Origin: Promethearchaeota archaeon
Lineage (GTDB): Archaea; Asgardarchaeota; Lokiarchaeia; Sigyniarchaeales; SOKP01
Direction of reading: 5' to 3'
DNA: 64,000 bases
NCBI GenBank assembly: GCA_016839555.1
Contig: JAEOUA010000001.1
Coordinates: 80,554-144,553 of the forward strand
A program made the position numbers and the translations under genes. The notes under the pieces were generated by a model that had not been told where the DNA came from, did no database searches, and worked only from the letters and a program-made list of their open reading frames with translations. Of the stretch, positions 46,130 through 56,332 are shown one piece after another; positions within the stretch are counted from its first letter, which is position 1, and every line of letters begins with the position of its first letter.

Positions 46130-47200
46130 ATGAATTTCATGGAATACGGAAAATTATATATTTCAAAAATAAACGAAATGATAAAGGACTTCTTTGTAAG
46201 AAAAATTAACTCCATTCAAAATGCCTTTCTTAAGAATTATTATTCTGAATTAAAAGATTATTTTTTAGCTGGTGGGAAAAGAATACGTCCATTATTGTGT
46301 ATCGCCGCCTATAATGCCTTTACTAAGGAAAAAAGTGATATGATTTTAGTCCCTTCTGTAGGAACGGAATTTTTGCATAATGCGTCATTAGTACATGATG
46401 ATATTATAGATCGTGATCAATATAGAAGGGGTGAATTGGCATTTCATTATCGATATCAAGAATATTATAGTAGATATGACTTAAAAAAGATGTCTAAAGA
46501 GGAATTTGGCAATTCTATTGGAATAATAGGAGGAGATTCCGCATTTTTTATTGGATTGGAACCTTATTTGTATAATCAGTTTGATAATAAACTAAATCTT
46601 GAAGCTATCAGCCTTTATAAACAAGCTTTTATTGAAATTTCTAATGGTGTTTTAATAGAAACCGAAATGCAAACAAGCAAACGAGATATTTCTATGGATG
46701 AATATATAGAGATGGTATCTCTGAAAACAGGAGCACTCTTAGAAAAATCAATTTTAATAGGGGCTAGTTACGCCCAAGCAGAGGAACCTCATAAAAAATT
46801 ATTAAGTATTTATGGGATGAATTTAGGAATAATTTTTCAAATTAAGGATGACATTCTTGGGACATTTGGAGATGAAGAAAAGACTGGAAAACCTGCAGAC
46901 AGTGATATAAAAGAAGGGAAAAAAACATGCCTATTCATAGAAGCTTTAAACAAATTGGATAAAAACTCTAAACAAACTTTGTCCCAAATCATGGAAAAAG
47001 ATCATATTTCTGATGAAGATGTAAACATTGTAAAAGAATTATATTCTCAAGCAGACGTGGTTTCTTCTTGTAAAAAGTTGGCGAATTCATATTATCAAGA
47101 AGCAAAACAGTCATTAAATTCTTTAAAATCTATAATAAACGAAGAAGAAGCAGAATTATTTGATAGTCTGCTTACCTTTGTAGCAGAAAGAGAATTTTAA
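46130..47200 (+). CDS. Trans-polyprenyl diphosphate synthase (GGPP synthase or longer-chain)
   Basis: FARM LVHDDIID and SARM IKDDILG, plus GGKRIRP. Small residues (Ala, Ser) lie at positions -5 and -4 before the FARM. Confidence 0.85.
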   Translation: MNFMEYGKLYISKINEMIKDFFVRKINSIQNAFLKNYYSELKDYFLAGGKRIRPLLCIAAYNAFTKEKSDMILVPSVGTEFLHNASLVHDDIIDRDQYRRGELAFHYRYQEYYSRYDLKKMSKEEFGNSIGIIGGDSAFFIGLEPYLYNQFDNKLNLEAISLYKQAFIEISNGVLIETEMQTSKRDISMDEYIEMVSLKTGALLEKSILIGASYAQAEEPHKKLLSIYGMNLGIIFQIKDDILGTFGDEEKTGKPADSDIKEGKKTCLFIEALNKLDKNSKQTLSQIMEKDHISDEDVNIVKELYSQADVVSSCKKLANSYYQEAKQSLNSLKSIINEEEAELFDSLLTFVAEREF

Positions 47201-47224
47201 TCTCCATTTTTACTGAAATTTATT

Positions 47225-48019
47225 ATGAAAAAGCCAAATTTTGATTCAGATTCTATAAAGGGAGTTTTTTTTGATCTTTATGGAACCCTTTTTATTTATG
47301 ATAACATGGAAGCGGCATGGGAAGATTGGATAACCATATTTTACCAAAAGTTAAAAAATAATGGACTTAAAATGAATATGGAGCAGTTTCGCTCAAAAAC
47401 CGATGGATTTTTCTCACTTCCAGAACCAAAACAAAAAGAACAAGATCTCTCAATTTTTCAATGTCGAGTTAAACGATATACTAATGAATTAGGATTAGCA
47501 CTGACTAATAAAAAAATAAAAAAACTATCCGAAGCTTGTCTTAATGCATGGCAAAAATATGTATTAATAGACCCTAATGTGGCTCCATTACTTAAAGAGT
47601 TACAGAAATTCAAAAAATTAGCGTTAATTTCTAAATTTGATCACCCGCCTCATTTATACAATATTCTAAGAACAAATGAAATATTAGATTATTTTGATTA
47701 TATAGTTATTTCTGGAGAAGTAGGTATTAAAAAACCAAATCCAGAGATCTTTTCTTTCGCACTCAAAGAGTTAAACCTTTCTCCCTCTGAGGTTATTTAT
47801 ATTGGAGATGCCCCTGAAGACATTCACGCCGCTCAATCTGCCAATATAATTCCCATTATAATAAAAAGGAAAAATCTAGAACATTATTCACTCCAAACTG
47901 ATTTTAAAAATAATGGCTACTCTCCTAATTTAAATTTACCAAATTATCAGAATGCATTTCATATTAATGCTTTAACAGATCTTTATGAGATTTTTAAGCT
48001 CAATAGATATAAAAGTTAG
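47225..48019 (+). CDS. HAD-family hydrolase (subfamily IA, haloacid dehalogenase-like)
   Basis: Motif I FFDLYGTLF, ISGEVGIKKPNPEIF, and motif IV IGDAPEDIHAA. Confidence 0.8.
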   Translation: MKKPNFDSDSIKGVFFDLYGTLFIYDNMEAAWEDWITIFYQKLKNNGLKMNMEQFRSKTDGFFSLPEPKQKEQDLSIFQCRVKRYTNELGLALTNKKIKKLSEACLNAWQKYVLIDPNVAPLLKELQKFKKLALISKFDHPPHLYNILRTNEILDYFDYIVISGEVGIKKPNPEIFSFALKELNLSPSEVIYIGDAPEDIHAAQSANIIPIIIKRKNLEHYSLQTDFKNNGYSPNLNLPNYQNAFHINALTDLYEIFKLNRYKS

Positions 48020-48743
48020 GAAATGCAATCCTCATCGGAAATCCCTTCATATCAAATTCATAAGACTTGGGAAAGAAATTTAAAGCAGATTTTCCTTTAG
48101 AAGCAGAAACTGCCAAGACCCATGCATCTAAAACATCATCAATTGCCAAATCATTTCTCTTGAAATTATTTTTAGCAAAATCTAAAGGATTTTTTTTGAA
48201 ATTATTAAAAGAATTTAGAAGGGTGAATCTTTGTTCTATGCCTTTTTGAGTTTTTTTATAAAATCCCAATGGTTTCTTATTTTTTAAAGCAGTAAAACAA
48301 ACTTCAGGATGGCTTTCAATTATTATATCAGAAGCTTGATGATCTTTTTTAAGAAGTGTATCCACTTCTTTGATTTTAGACATAATATTATAAGTTTGCT
48401 TCGATAGTCCTTTTCCGGTTAATTCTCTGTTAATATTATTAGCTTCTTGGTATGAAGAAGCATCTAAAGCTTTCCTACAAGGAGTTGGAAATATTGAAGA
48501 GGATCTTTTTTTAGTTAAATATATACGAGCAGCCGTATCGCACAACCTTGCTTTAGCACCTTCAGATCTTAACCCAATTGGTATATCTATAAGGATTAAT
48601 TTAGAATCATAATATTTTTTCCATAAAGAGTTTATATTTCTAAAAATTTCTATATTCCATTGTTTCTGATTAAGGATAAAACTCACCCAACCATAAGAAC
48701 AAGAATCAATGCCTAAATAAGTATTATCCGTCATAATTTTCAT
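48000..48743 (-). CDS. DUF429 domain protein
   Basis: LGIDSCSYGWV ... LIDIPIGL ... RLCDTAARIYL ... SSIFPTPCR ... ESHPEVCF follows the DUF429 pattern. Confidence 0.65.
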   Translation of the reverse strand: MKIMTDNTYLGIDSCSYGWVSFILNQKQWNIEIFRNINSLWKKYYDSKLILIDIPIGLRSEGAKARLCDTAARIYLTKKRSSSIFPTPCRKALDASSYQEANNINRELTGKGLSKQTYNIMSKIKEVDTLLKKDHQASDIIIESHPEVCFTALKNKKPLGFYKKTQKGIEQRFTLLNSFNNFKKNPLDFAKNNFKRNDLAIDDVLDAWVLAVSASKGKSALNFFPKSYEFDMKGFPMRIAFPNFYIY

Positions 48744-48767
48744 ACAAAATAAAAGATATAAAGTGTT

Positions 48768-50225
48768 TTAATTTTGCTGTGAATGAACAGGTGCGGGGAT
48801 TCGCCCTCGCCTGTTAATAAATCTCTCACATGATACGTTTTTTACCGGCATGACTACAGATTCACCCAATAATCCACCAAACTTAACCTCTTCACCTACA
48901 TTCTTTCCAATGACAGGTATTATTCTTACTCCCATTGTTTTATTATTAATCATCCCAATTGCCATTGCGTCAGCAATAATTCCAGAAATGGCAGTGGGAA
49001 AGGTTGAACCTGGAATACAAATCATATCTAATCCTACAGAACAAACAGAAGTCATCGCTTCAAGTTTCTCTATTGTTAAAATCCCCTTACGAGCTGCATC
49101 TGTCATTATTTTGTCTTCACTAACAGGAATAAACGCCCCAGATAAACCTCCTACATAAGAGGATGCCATTAACCCTCCTTTTTTAACGGCGTCTGTTAAT
49201 AATGCTAATGCAGCGGTAGTTCCTGGACATCCGGTAGTTTCTAATCCCATGTCTTCTAAAATACCTGCCACGCTGTCAAATGGTCTAGTTGTTGGAGCTA
49301 ATGATAAATCTACTATACCAAAAGGTACATCCAACCTTTTTGAAGCTTCCTGAGCTACTAACTGCCCCATTCTTGTGATTTTAAATGCTGTTTTCTTTAT
49401 TCTTTCTGCTAATTGTTCAAAATCAGAATTTTCCTCATTTTTCACCACATTTCTAATAACTCCTGGTCCTGATACTCCCACATTGATACAAGATTCTGCT
49501 TCTCCGATTCCATGGAATCCTCCAGCCATAAATGGATTATCTTCGACTGCATTGGCAAATACAATTAATTTAGCGCATCCTATTGAATTTTTATTTTGAG
49601 TTTTTTTTGCTATTTTATGAATAATATCTCCCATCATTTTTACAGCATTCATATTCATCCCAGATCGAGTTGAAGCTACATTTACAGAACCGCACACTCT
49701 TTCTGTTGATGATAATACTGCTGGTAAACTTTTAATTACACAGAAATCCGCACGCGTAAACCCTTTATGAACCAATGCTGAATAACCTCCTAAATAATCT
49801 ATATTTACTTCTTTAGCGGCTTTATCAAGACTCTTAGCGATTTCTAAACAGCAATTAATAATATCTTCTGATAATTCGTATGTTGATAATTGATTTTTAT
49901 TATGTAAAGGGTTATTAAGAGCATTAATATATTCGAATGAAATTTCTTGTATAGATTTTAAATTTCCTAATATTAATGAAATTGGTGTAATCGTGATTCT
50001 CCTATTGATAATTGGAATACCAAAATCATCTTCAATAGAACTTGCCACCTTGGATAAATTTTTTGCAAATGAGATTATTTTGTTTTCAATATTCTCTTTT
50101 ATCTCATCCAAATTAGGAGAAGCACAATCTAATAAATTAATACCCATTGTGATAGTTCTAACATCAAGCCCTTGTTCTTTTATCATTAATCTAGTTTCTA
50201 GAACCTCTTCAGGTGTAAAAGACAT
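48768..50225 (-). CDS. UPF0210 (DUF711, PFL-like) family protein
   Basis: The N-terminus EEVLETRLMIKEQGLDVRTITMGINL is characteristic of UPF0210. It is paired with the upstream ACT gene, as is typical. Confidence 0.8.
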   Translation of the reverse strand: MSFTPEEVLETRLMIKEQGLDVRTITMGINLLDCASPNLDEIKENIENKIISFAKNLSKVASSIEDDFGIPIINRRITITPISLILGNLKSIQEISFEYINALNNPLHNKNQLSTYELSEDIINCCLEIAKSLDKAAKEVNIDYLGGYSALVHKGFTRADFCVIKSLPAVLSSTERVCGSVNVASTRSGMNMNAVKMMGDIIHKIAKKTQNKNSIGCAKLIVFANAVEDNPFMAGGFHGIGEAESCINVGVSGPGVIRNVVKNEENSDFEQLAERIKKTAFKITRMGQLVAQEASKRLDVPFGIVDLSLAPTTRPFDSVAGILEDMGLETTGCPGTTAALALLTDAVKKGGLMASSYVGGLSGAFIPVSEDKIMTDAARKGILTIEKLEAMTSVCSVGLDMICIPGSTFPTAISGIIADAMAIGMINNKTMGVRIIPVIGKNVGEEVKFGGLLGESVVMPVKNVSCERFINRRGRIPAPVHSQQN

Positions 50226-50239
50226 ATACGATCACTCCC

Positions 50240-50509
50240 TTAAATTCTATGCATTATACGAAAGACATCCTCATGTTGAATTGAAATGAAAACTCCAATT
50301 TCATCACCCGCCTTTTGAAGATCTTCATTAACTTCTTTTAAGATCGAATTGCTTGTTTCAAAATCTACAACCATTATCATAGTAAAGAATTCTTTCGCAT
50401 AAGATTGAGATATATCAGTTATATTAACATTATGTTGAGCTAGAATTGTTGAAACTGTTGCAACAATTCCGGGTTTATCCAATCCAATTACACTAACGAT
50501 TGCTTTCAT
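50240..50509 (-). CDS. ACT domain protein (UPF0237 family)
   Basis: MKAIVSVIGLDKPGIVATVSTILAQHNVNITDISQ. 89 aa. Confidence 0.8.
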   Translation of the reverse strand: MKAIVSVIGLDKPGIVATVSTILAQHNVNITDISQSYAKEFFTMIMVVDFETSNSILKEVNEDLQKAGDEIGVFISIQHEDVFRIMHRI

Positions 50510-50780
50510 TTTAATAACAACAAATTTTTATTAATATTATAAATTCATTCGAAGTTTATCAGCTTTATGGTCTAAAAAATAGTATTAGTTAGAATTAATT
50601 AGAAATTGAGATTAATTTCTTATATCATGTTATTTATTAAATTTTAAATATTGAATTTAGGGATTTCATAGAATAAAATGATAATTAGGAATGAATTTTA
50701 AATATTTTTGCCCTCCTTTAATAATTCTAATTCTTTTTCCGATAAAAAACCTTTAAACTTAATTATATCTTCTATTTTTG

Positions 50781-51329
50781 CTAAGAGTTCGGTGTTAGTT
50801 TTAGCATCTGATAATTTCTTTTAAGCTTATTAATTCTATTTTGAATTTCCATAATTTTATCTTTATTTGAAAATAACTCCTTTTTAACTTGGATATTATC
50901 ATCTATTTTCTGAGTTAAATCAACTCTTAATTGATCTAATTCCTTATTTCTATCATCTATTATTTTATTTATTTCTAACATTTTCTGTTGTAATTCAATA
51001 TCGGTTTTTTTGATGTTTTTTAATTTTTCTAATTTATTTCGAAGTTCTGTCAATTCTTTATTGGTTTCTTCATTTTCTTTGTCTAATAGATCAATTATTT
51101 TCCCTTTATTTGAAAGTTCTGCTAATAATTCCTTTAAAAAACTCTCGGAATTGGCTAATTTTATTTTGGTATCTATGATTATTGCTTCTTCATTTTCAAT
51201 GGTTCTCCTTAATTCCAGAACTCGTCGTTCAAGAACATTACTTTTAGCTTTTAGATCTAAAAGATAAGTTCCTTTTACCTTTTGTTTTGACTCAGGCTTC
51301 TCTTCTGCTTTATTCCAATCAATAGACAT
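50781..51329 (-). CDS. Coiled-coil protein
   Basis: 182 aa, heptad-rich and K/E/L/N biased. Confidence 0.5.
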   Translation of the reverse strand: MSIDWNKAEEKPESKQKVKGTYLLDLKAKSNVLERRVLELRRTIENEEAIIIDTKIKLANSESFLKELLAELSNKGKIIDLLDKENEETNKELTELRNKLEKLKNIKKTDIELQQKMLEINKIIDDRNKELDQLRVDLTQKIDDNIQVKKELFSNKDKIMEIQNRINKLKRNYQMLKLTPNS

Positions 51330-51511
51330 TTTTTATAATTCCAAGTTTATTAACTAAAAAATATTTAGGCAAATTAAATTAATTTAAAAAGATTTGAACA
51401 AATGCCTATAAATAAACTTATATCTAAGATATAATATATATAAGTTTAAAATCTTATTAAATTGTTTATTAAAATACATAATATGCTGTATATAATTAAA
51501 TGTGATGTACA

Positions 51512-52063
51512 TTGCTAATTGTTGCAATAACGGGTGCTTCTGGAATAGCAATTACCGTTAAAATGTTGGAAATCCTCAAATCTAAAAATATAGAAACCGA
51601 GTTAATTATATCAAAAGCCGCGACAAAAATTATAAAAGCAGAAACAAATTTTGATGTTTCCGAAATTTATGAGCTTGCCACAAGATATTTTGATATAAAT
51701 GATTTATCTGCTCCACCAGCAAGCGGATCCCACAAATTTGATAAAATGATAATAATCCCCTGTTCCATGAAAACACTTTCCGCAATTGCTCATGGATATG
51801 CTGATAATCTAATAACAAGAGCTGCTGATGTTGCAATGAAAGAAAAGAGAAAACTTATACTTGCAGTTAGAGAAAGTCCCTTTAATGCTATTCATTTAGA
51901 GAATATGCTCAAATTGGCGAAATTGGGGGTTATTATTGCACCTCCAATTCCTTCTTATTATATAAAACCTAAAAATGTTGATGAGTTAATAAATCAAACT
52001 GCCGGACGTTATCTAGACTTATTAGATATAGCATATGAAATTAAACGATGGGGAAATAAATAA
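51512..52063 (+). CDS. ubiX: UbiX-family flavin prenyltransferase
   Basis: IVAITGASGIAI, IIPCSMKTLSAIAHGYADNLITRAADV and LILAVRESP. TTG start. Confidence 0.85.
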   Translation: MLIVAITGASGIAITVKMLEILKSKNIETELIISKAATKIIKAETNFDVSEIYELATRYFDINDLSAPPASGSHKFDKMIIIPCSMKTLSAIAHGYADNLITRAADVAMKEKRKLILAVRESPFNAIHLENMLKLAKLGVIIAPPIPSYYIKPKNVDELINQTAGRYLDLLDIAYEIKRWGNK

Positions 52064-52149
52064 AAAAAAAATTGAAACTGCCTTCTTTAATTCATAGTTA
52101 AATTCTTTAAAGAGAGCAATTGTTATTAATTAATAGGAAGAATTTTTAA

Positions 52150-53421
52150 ATGGAGTGCATAACTGTGAGATCTTTTTTACAAAAACTTGAAGTAAATAAC
52201 TATGAAAAAACTATAGAAAGTGATCAATTAGCTAAAATTATTAAGGAAAATGGAGAAAGACCTACTAAATTTAAAATGAACTCCTTTAAATTTCCAATAG
52301 TGTCTGGATTAATCAATAATAGAGAAAAAATAGCTTTAGCTTTAGGAATTGATAAAACTAAAATTATCTCTTTTATGATAGAAAAGCTAAATAATCTAAA
52401 AAAATGCAATTTAACTAAAAATGCACCTTTTTTAGAGAATAAAATTAATCTTTCGCCAGAATTACATATAGATCAATTCTTACCAGTAATAGATTTCTAC
52501 ATGGGAAAAGGGTATACAACCTCAAGCATTGTTATCTGTGATTTCCCTGGAGAACAAAGGCAAAATGCATCTTTTCATAGAATGCTGTATCTTGGAGATA
52601 ATAAATTTTCTATTAGAATTGTGGCACAAAGACATTTAGATAAAGCCTATGTAAACGCTATCGAAAATAATAGAGATTTAAAAGTGGCAGTTATTTTTGG
52701 GGTGCATCCCGCGATTGAAATTGCGGCAGCTTCTTCAGCACCTAATATGGATGAGTTGGAATTAGCTTCCGCCATTTTAGATGGATTAGATGTGTGTCAA
52801 CTTTCTAATGGAATCAATGTTCCTAGTAATTCTGAGTTCGTGATTGAAGGAAGAATAACAAAAAATCTTGCCCCCGAAGGTCCTTTTGTCGATTTAACGG
52901 GAACTGCAGATAAAATTAGGCAGCAACCTATTTTAGAAGCGGATACGCTATATTTTAGAGATGATCCTATTTTTAGAACAATTTTACCGGGTGGAAAAGA
53001 ACATAGAATGTTAATGGGAGTTACTCAGGAGCCAAGAATCTATAAAGGAATTCAAAATACAATTCCCACTGTTAAAAACGTGATTTTAACACAAGGAGGC
53101 TGCTCTTGGCTCCATGCAGTTGTTCAAATCAAGAAACGAACTGAGGGAGATCCTAAAAATGCTATTATGGCAGCATTAGCTTCTCACCCAAGCTTGAAAC
53201 GCGTTATTATTGTAGATGATGATATAGATATTGATGACTCCGATGATATTGAATGGGCAATAGCCACAAGAGTTCAGCCAAATAAAGATATTATATTTAT
53301 TCCAAATGCAAAAGGGTCTTCTCTCGATCCATCATCTGATGATAGTATTACTTGTAAATGGGGCATAGATGCTACAAAGCCGCTTAAGAATAATGAATCA
53401 TTTAATAAGGTTGAATTTTAA
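52150..53421 (+). CDS. UbiD-family decarboxylase, probable anhydromevalonate-phosphate decarboxylase
   Basis: Overall UbiD pattern (NASFHRM, FVDLTG, a C-terminal acidic stretch). It lies between ubiX and the AcnX dehydratase genes. The pathway role is inferred from context. Confidence 0.75.
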   Translation: MECITVRSFLQKLEVNNYEKTIESDQLAKIIKENGERPTKFKMNSFKFPIVSGLINNREKIALALGIDKTKIISFMIEKLNNLKKCNLTKNAPFLENKINLSPELHIDQFLPVIDFYMGKGYTTSSIVICDFPGEQRQNASFHRMLYLGDNKFSIRIVAQRHLDKAYVNAIENNRDLKVAVIFGVHPAIEIAAASSAPNMDELELASAILDGLDVCQLSNGINVPSNSEFVIEGRITKNLAPEGPFVDLTGTADKIRQQPILEADTLYFRDDPIFRTILPGGKEHRMLMGVTQEPRIYKGIQNTIPTVKNVILTQGGCSWLHAVVQIKKRTEGDPKNAIMAALASHPSLKRVIIVDDDIDIDDSDDIEWAIATRVQPNKDIIFIPNAKGSSLDPSSDDSITCKWGIDATKPLKNNESFNKVEF

Positions 53422-54551
53422 TGTATCTCACTAAGGATGAAGAAGCGATTCTAAATGGAGAACTTGGCGAAATAAAAGCTAAAGCTATGAGAATTTTAGC
53501 AACTTTAGGTGATATTTTTGATGCAGATAAATTAATTCCCATTGAGTCAGCTCAAATTGCCGGAGTATCATATAAAACAATTGGAGATGCGGGTTTAGAG
53601 TTTCTCGAAGATTGGTCAAACACAAAGGTAATCATCGAAAGTAGAATGAACCCTGCGGGGATGGATTTGAAAAACTGGAGAGAAATGGGAATTAGTGAAA
53701 CTTTTGCTGAAAAACAATTAAGAATTATTAAAGCATTAACTTCCATGGGCGTAAAAGAAAGCTGTTCATGTACACCATATCATGCGGGATTAGTACCCAA
53801 AAAAGGCTCTCACATTGCTTGGTCTGAATCCTCTGCTGTAGTTTATGCTAATTCTGTTCTCGGAGCTATGACCAATCGAGAAGGTGGGCCTAGCGCGCTT
53901 TCTGCAGCTTTAATAGGTAAAACACCAAATTATGGACTTCATTTGAAAAAGAACCGAATTTCTGAAGTAGTTTTTGATATTAATTTCGAATTATCTGATT
54001 TAGATTATTCATTATTAGGGTATTATATTGGATCAATAGCAAAAAATAAAATTCCTGCAATTATTGGTATTAAACACGCATCCAATTTACAATTAAAAGC
54101 ACTTGGAGCTGGTGCGGCTGCTGGAGGAGGAGTTGCGATGTTTATGATTGAAAATCTTACACCTGAATATGAAATTATAAAAAATCCTGAAAAAATTACT
54201 GTGGAATATGATGAATTAGTAAAAATTCAAGAACAATTTTGCACTTGCGAGCATCCTGATATTATTACTTTTGGATGTCCTCATTGTTCCTATGAAGAGA
54301 TTATAGATATTTTTGATAAAGTAAAAACTGAGCAAGAAATATGGATTTGTACCTCCAGAGAAGTCAAGGAAAGATTTCAAAAAATACCAAATAACATAAA
54401 GCTTTTTTGTGATACATGTATGGTAGTGGCTCCTATTGAAGAAATCGGAATAACCTGTTTGGCAACAGACTCCACTAAATGTGCACATTATTCTCAAAAT
54501 TTATCCAATCTTAAAACCTTAATTAAATCCCGTGAGGAACTTATATCATGA
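53421..54551 (+). CDS. Aconitase X catalytic subunit (DUF521), probable phosphomevalonate dehydratase large subunit
   Basis: The N-terminus MYLTKDEEAILNGELGE is typical of DUF521/AcnX. Start and stop overlap the flanking genes. Confidence 0.8.
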   Translation: MYLTKDEEAILNGELGEIKAKAMRILATLGDIFDADKLIPIESAQIAGVSYKTIGDAGLEFLEDWSNTKVIIESRMNPAGMDLKNWREMGISETFAEKQLRIIKALTSMGVKESCSCTPYHAGLVPKKGSHIAWSESSAVVYANSVLGAMTNREGGPSALSAALIGKTPNYGLHLKKNRISEVVFDINFELSDLDYSLLGYYIGSIAKNKIPAIIGIKHASNLQLKALGAGAAAGGGVAMFMIENLTPEYEIIKNPEKITVEYDELVKIQEQFCTCEHPDIITFGCPHCSYEEIIDIFDKVKTEQEIWICTSREVKERFQKIPNNIKLFCDTCMVVAPIEEIGITCLATDSTKCAHYSQNLSNLKTLIKSREELIS

Positions 54552-54934
54552 GAATCAATGGTAATAAAATCGTTCCCGGGATTGTAAAAGCATTTTCTAT
54601 TGTCAGTGAAAAACCGATTTCTTTTCTTGGTGATATAGATCCAAAAAAAGGAGTTATTATTGATAAATACAATCCCTTAAAAGGCGAATCCATAGTAAAT
54701 AAATGTTTGATTTTTCCTTATGGAAAAGGCTCTACCGTTGGCTCCTATATTATTTATCAGTTATATAAAAATAATAAAGCTCCAGCTGCCATAATAAATA
54801 AAAAAGCAGAAGCAATTATCGCAGTCGGGGCTATTATCTCTGATATTCCTATGATAGATGGGATCCCCATTGAAAAAATCCCTAACAATACAGAAATCCT
54901 CGTGAATGCCAATGAAGGATATGTAGAATTTTAA
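54548..54934 (+). CDS. Aconitase X swivel subunit (DUF126), probable phosphomevalonate dehydratase small subunit
   Basis: 128 aa. Pattern ISFLGDIDPKKGVI...PYGKGSTVGSYIIY. ATGA overlap with the large subunit gene. Confidence 0.75.
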   Translation: MRINGNKIVPGIVKAFSIVSEKPISFLGDIDPKKGVIIDKYNPLKGESIVNKCLIFPYGKGSTVGSYIIYQLYKNNKAPAAIINKKAEAIIAVGAIISDIPMIDGIPIEKIPNNTEILVNANEGYVEF

Positions 54935-54958
54935 TAAAAAACAATCATTACATAAACT

Positions 54959-55576
54959 ATGGAAACATTATTAAAGCGATTTAACCAAATATCAGGTGGA
55001 GTATTTGGAATTATATCGCTCGTAATTATGAGTATCATGGGAATCCTTTCATATAAATATTATCCTTCCCAAGAGTTCAAGCTGTTTTTATATGTTGTTA
55101 GTGAATTAGGAGCGGGGCAAGGTGCTATCTTTTTCAATGGAGGGTTAATAATATCTGGTGTCTTTTTAATTCCTTTCTTTTTAAAGCTAAATACATATTT
55201 AGGTAAAGATCAGTCACAACGTTTACGTATAATATTGTTAATTTTAGGATTAATCTCTAGTTGTTCATATTTACTTTTAGGATTCTTTCCAATTAATATT
55301 ATAATTCACATGTTTTTAGTATTTAATATTTTCTTCATCGGAATGATAAATATAGTGATTTTAAATGTTCTTATTGCTAAAAACGATAAAATTCTTGATA
55401 AATTCTTGATAATATTTGGTTTAATATATGGAATCTCCGTCTTTTTATACTTCTTCACACTACTTTTTTATTATACAATCCATTCCATATTTGAATGGTT
55501 TATGATTATCTTTTTTTCATTATGGATATTTTCTCATTCAATCTATTTAATAATCCAAAATAGCAGGTTTAATTGA
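54959..55576 (+). CDS. Polytopic membrane protein (DUF998-like?)
   Basis: About 6 TM segments. No confident family. Confidence 0.5.
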   Translation: METLLKRFNQISGGVFGIISLVIMSIMGILSYKYYPSQEFKLFLYVVSELGAGQGAIFFNGGLIISGVFLIPFFLKLNTYLGKDQSQRLRIILLILGLISSCSYLLLGFFPINIIIHMFLVFNIFFIGMINIVILNVLIAKNDKILDKFLIIFGLIYGISVFLYFFTLLFYYTIHSIFEWFMIIFFSLWIFSHSIYLIIQNSRFN

Positions 55577-55665
55577 TTATATCTATATTGAATAATAAAA
55601 ATTAAGCAACAATCTCATCATATTTTCATTAAAACAAAATATTTTGAATATTTACTTCTATTAAA

Positions 55666-56049
55666 TCATTCATTTTTATTAGTTGAATCAATTGCTTGTT
55701 CAATAAAATAAAGCAATTCCACCATTTCAAAAGGTTTATTGATAAAAGCATAAGCACTCATAGATATTACTTCATATTTAACTATACAATCAGCACTTGC
55801 AAAAATAACTTTAGTTTTATTATTAATTTCCAAAATTTTTTTCATAGCATCTATTCCACTAATTCCGGGCATTCGATGGTCCATTATAATTATTGACGGT
55901 TTTTTAATGGAGCTTTTATATTTTAATATTGCATCTTGACCATTATAAGCAAGTTCAATCTCGTTTAATCCCTTTTGCTCCAAGAACATTTTATATAATG
56001 CTAAAAGGTCTTGATCATCATCAACAATAAGAATCTTTGGTTTAATCAT
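55666..56049 (-). CDS. Stand-alone response-regulator receiver (CheY-like) protein
   Basis: ILIVDDD, the phospho-acceptor in IIIMDHRMPGISG, and FINKP (conserved Lys). 127 aa. Confidence 0.85.
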   Translation of the reverse strand: MIKPKILIVDDDQDLLALYKMFLEQKGLNEIELAYNGQDAILKYKSSIKKPSIIIMDHRMPGISGIDAMKKILEINNKTKVIFASADCIVKYEVISMSAYAFINKPFEMVELLYFIEQAIDSTNKNE

Positions 56050-56332
56050 TAAAGCTATCTATACCTACTAATTAATGTAATTTTATATGCTATTTACCTA
56101 AACCTTAATTCCTTATTTATAATGTATTAACAATTTTTAAATATATTCATTATATTTCAAAGATCATTTAATTAAAAGCAATATATAGCATATTTATAAC
56201 TCTTAGAAAGGAAAATTATTCTATAATGAAAAAGAGTAATTTATTTTTATAATATTCTAAAAAAGAAAGCTTATAATTGAATTACGAAGAAAAAAATCAT
56301 TTTATTTGATTTTATTTCTATAAAATTTCTTT

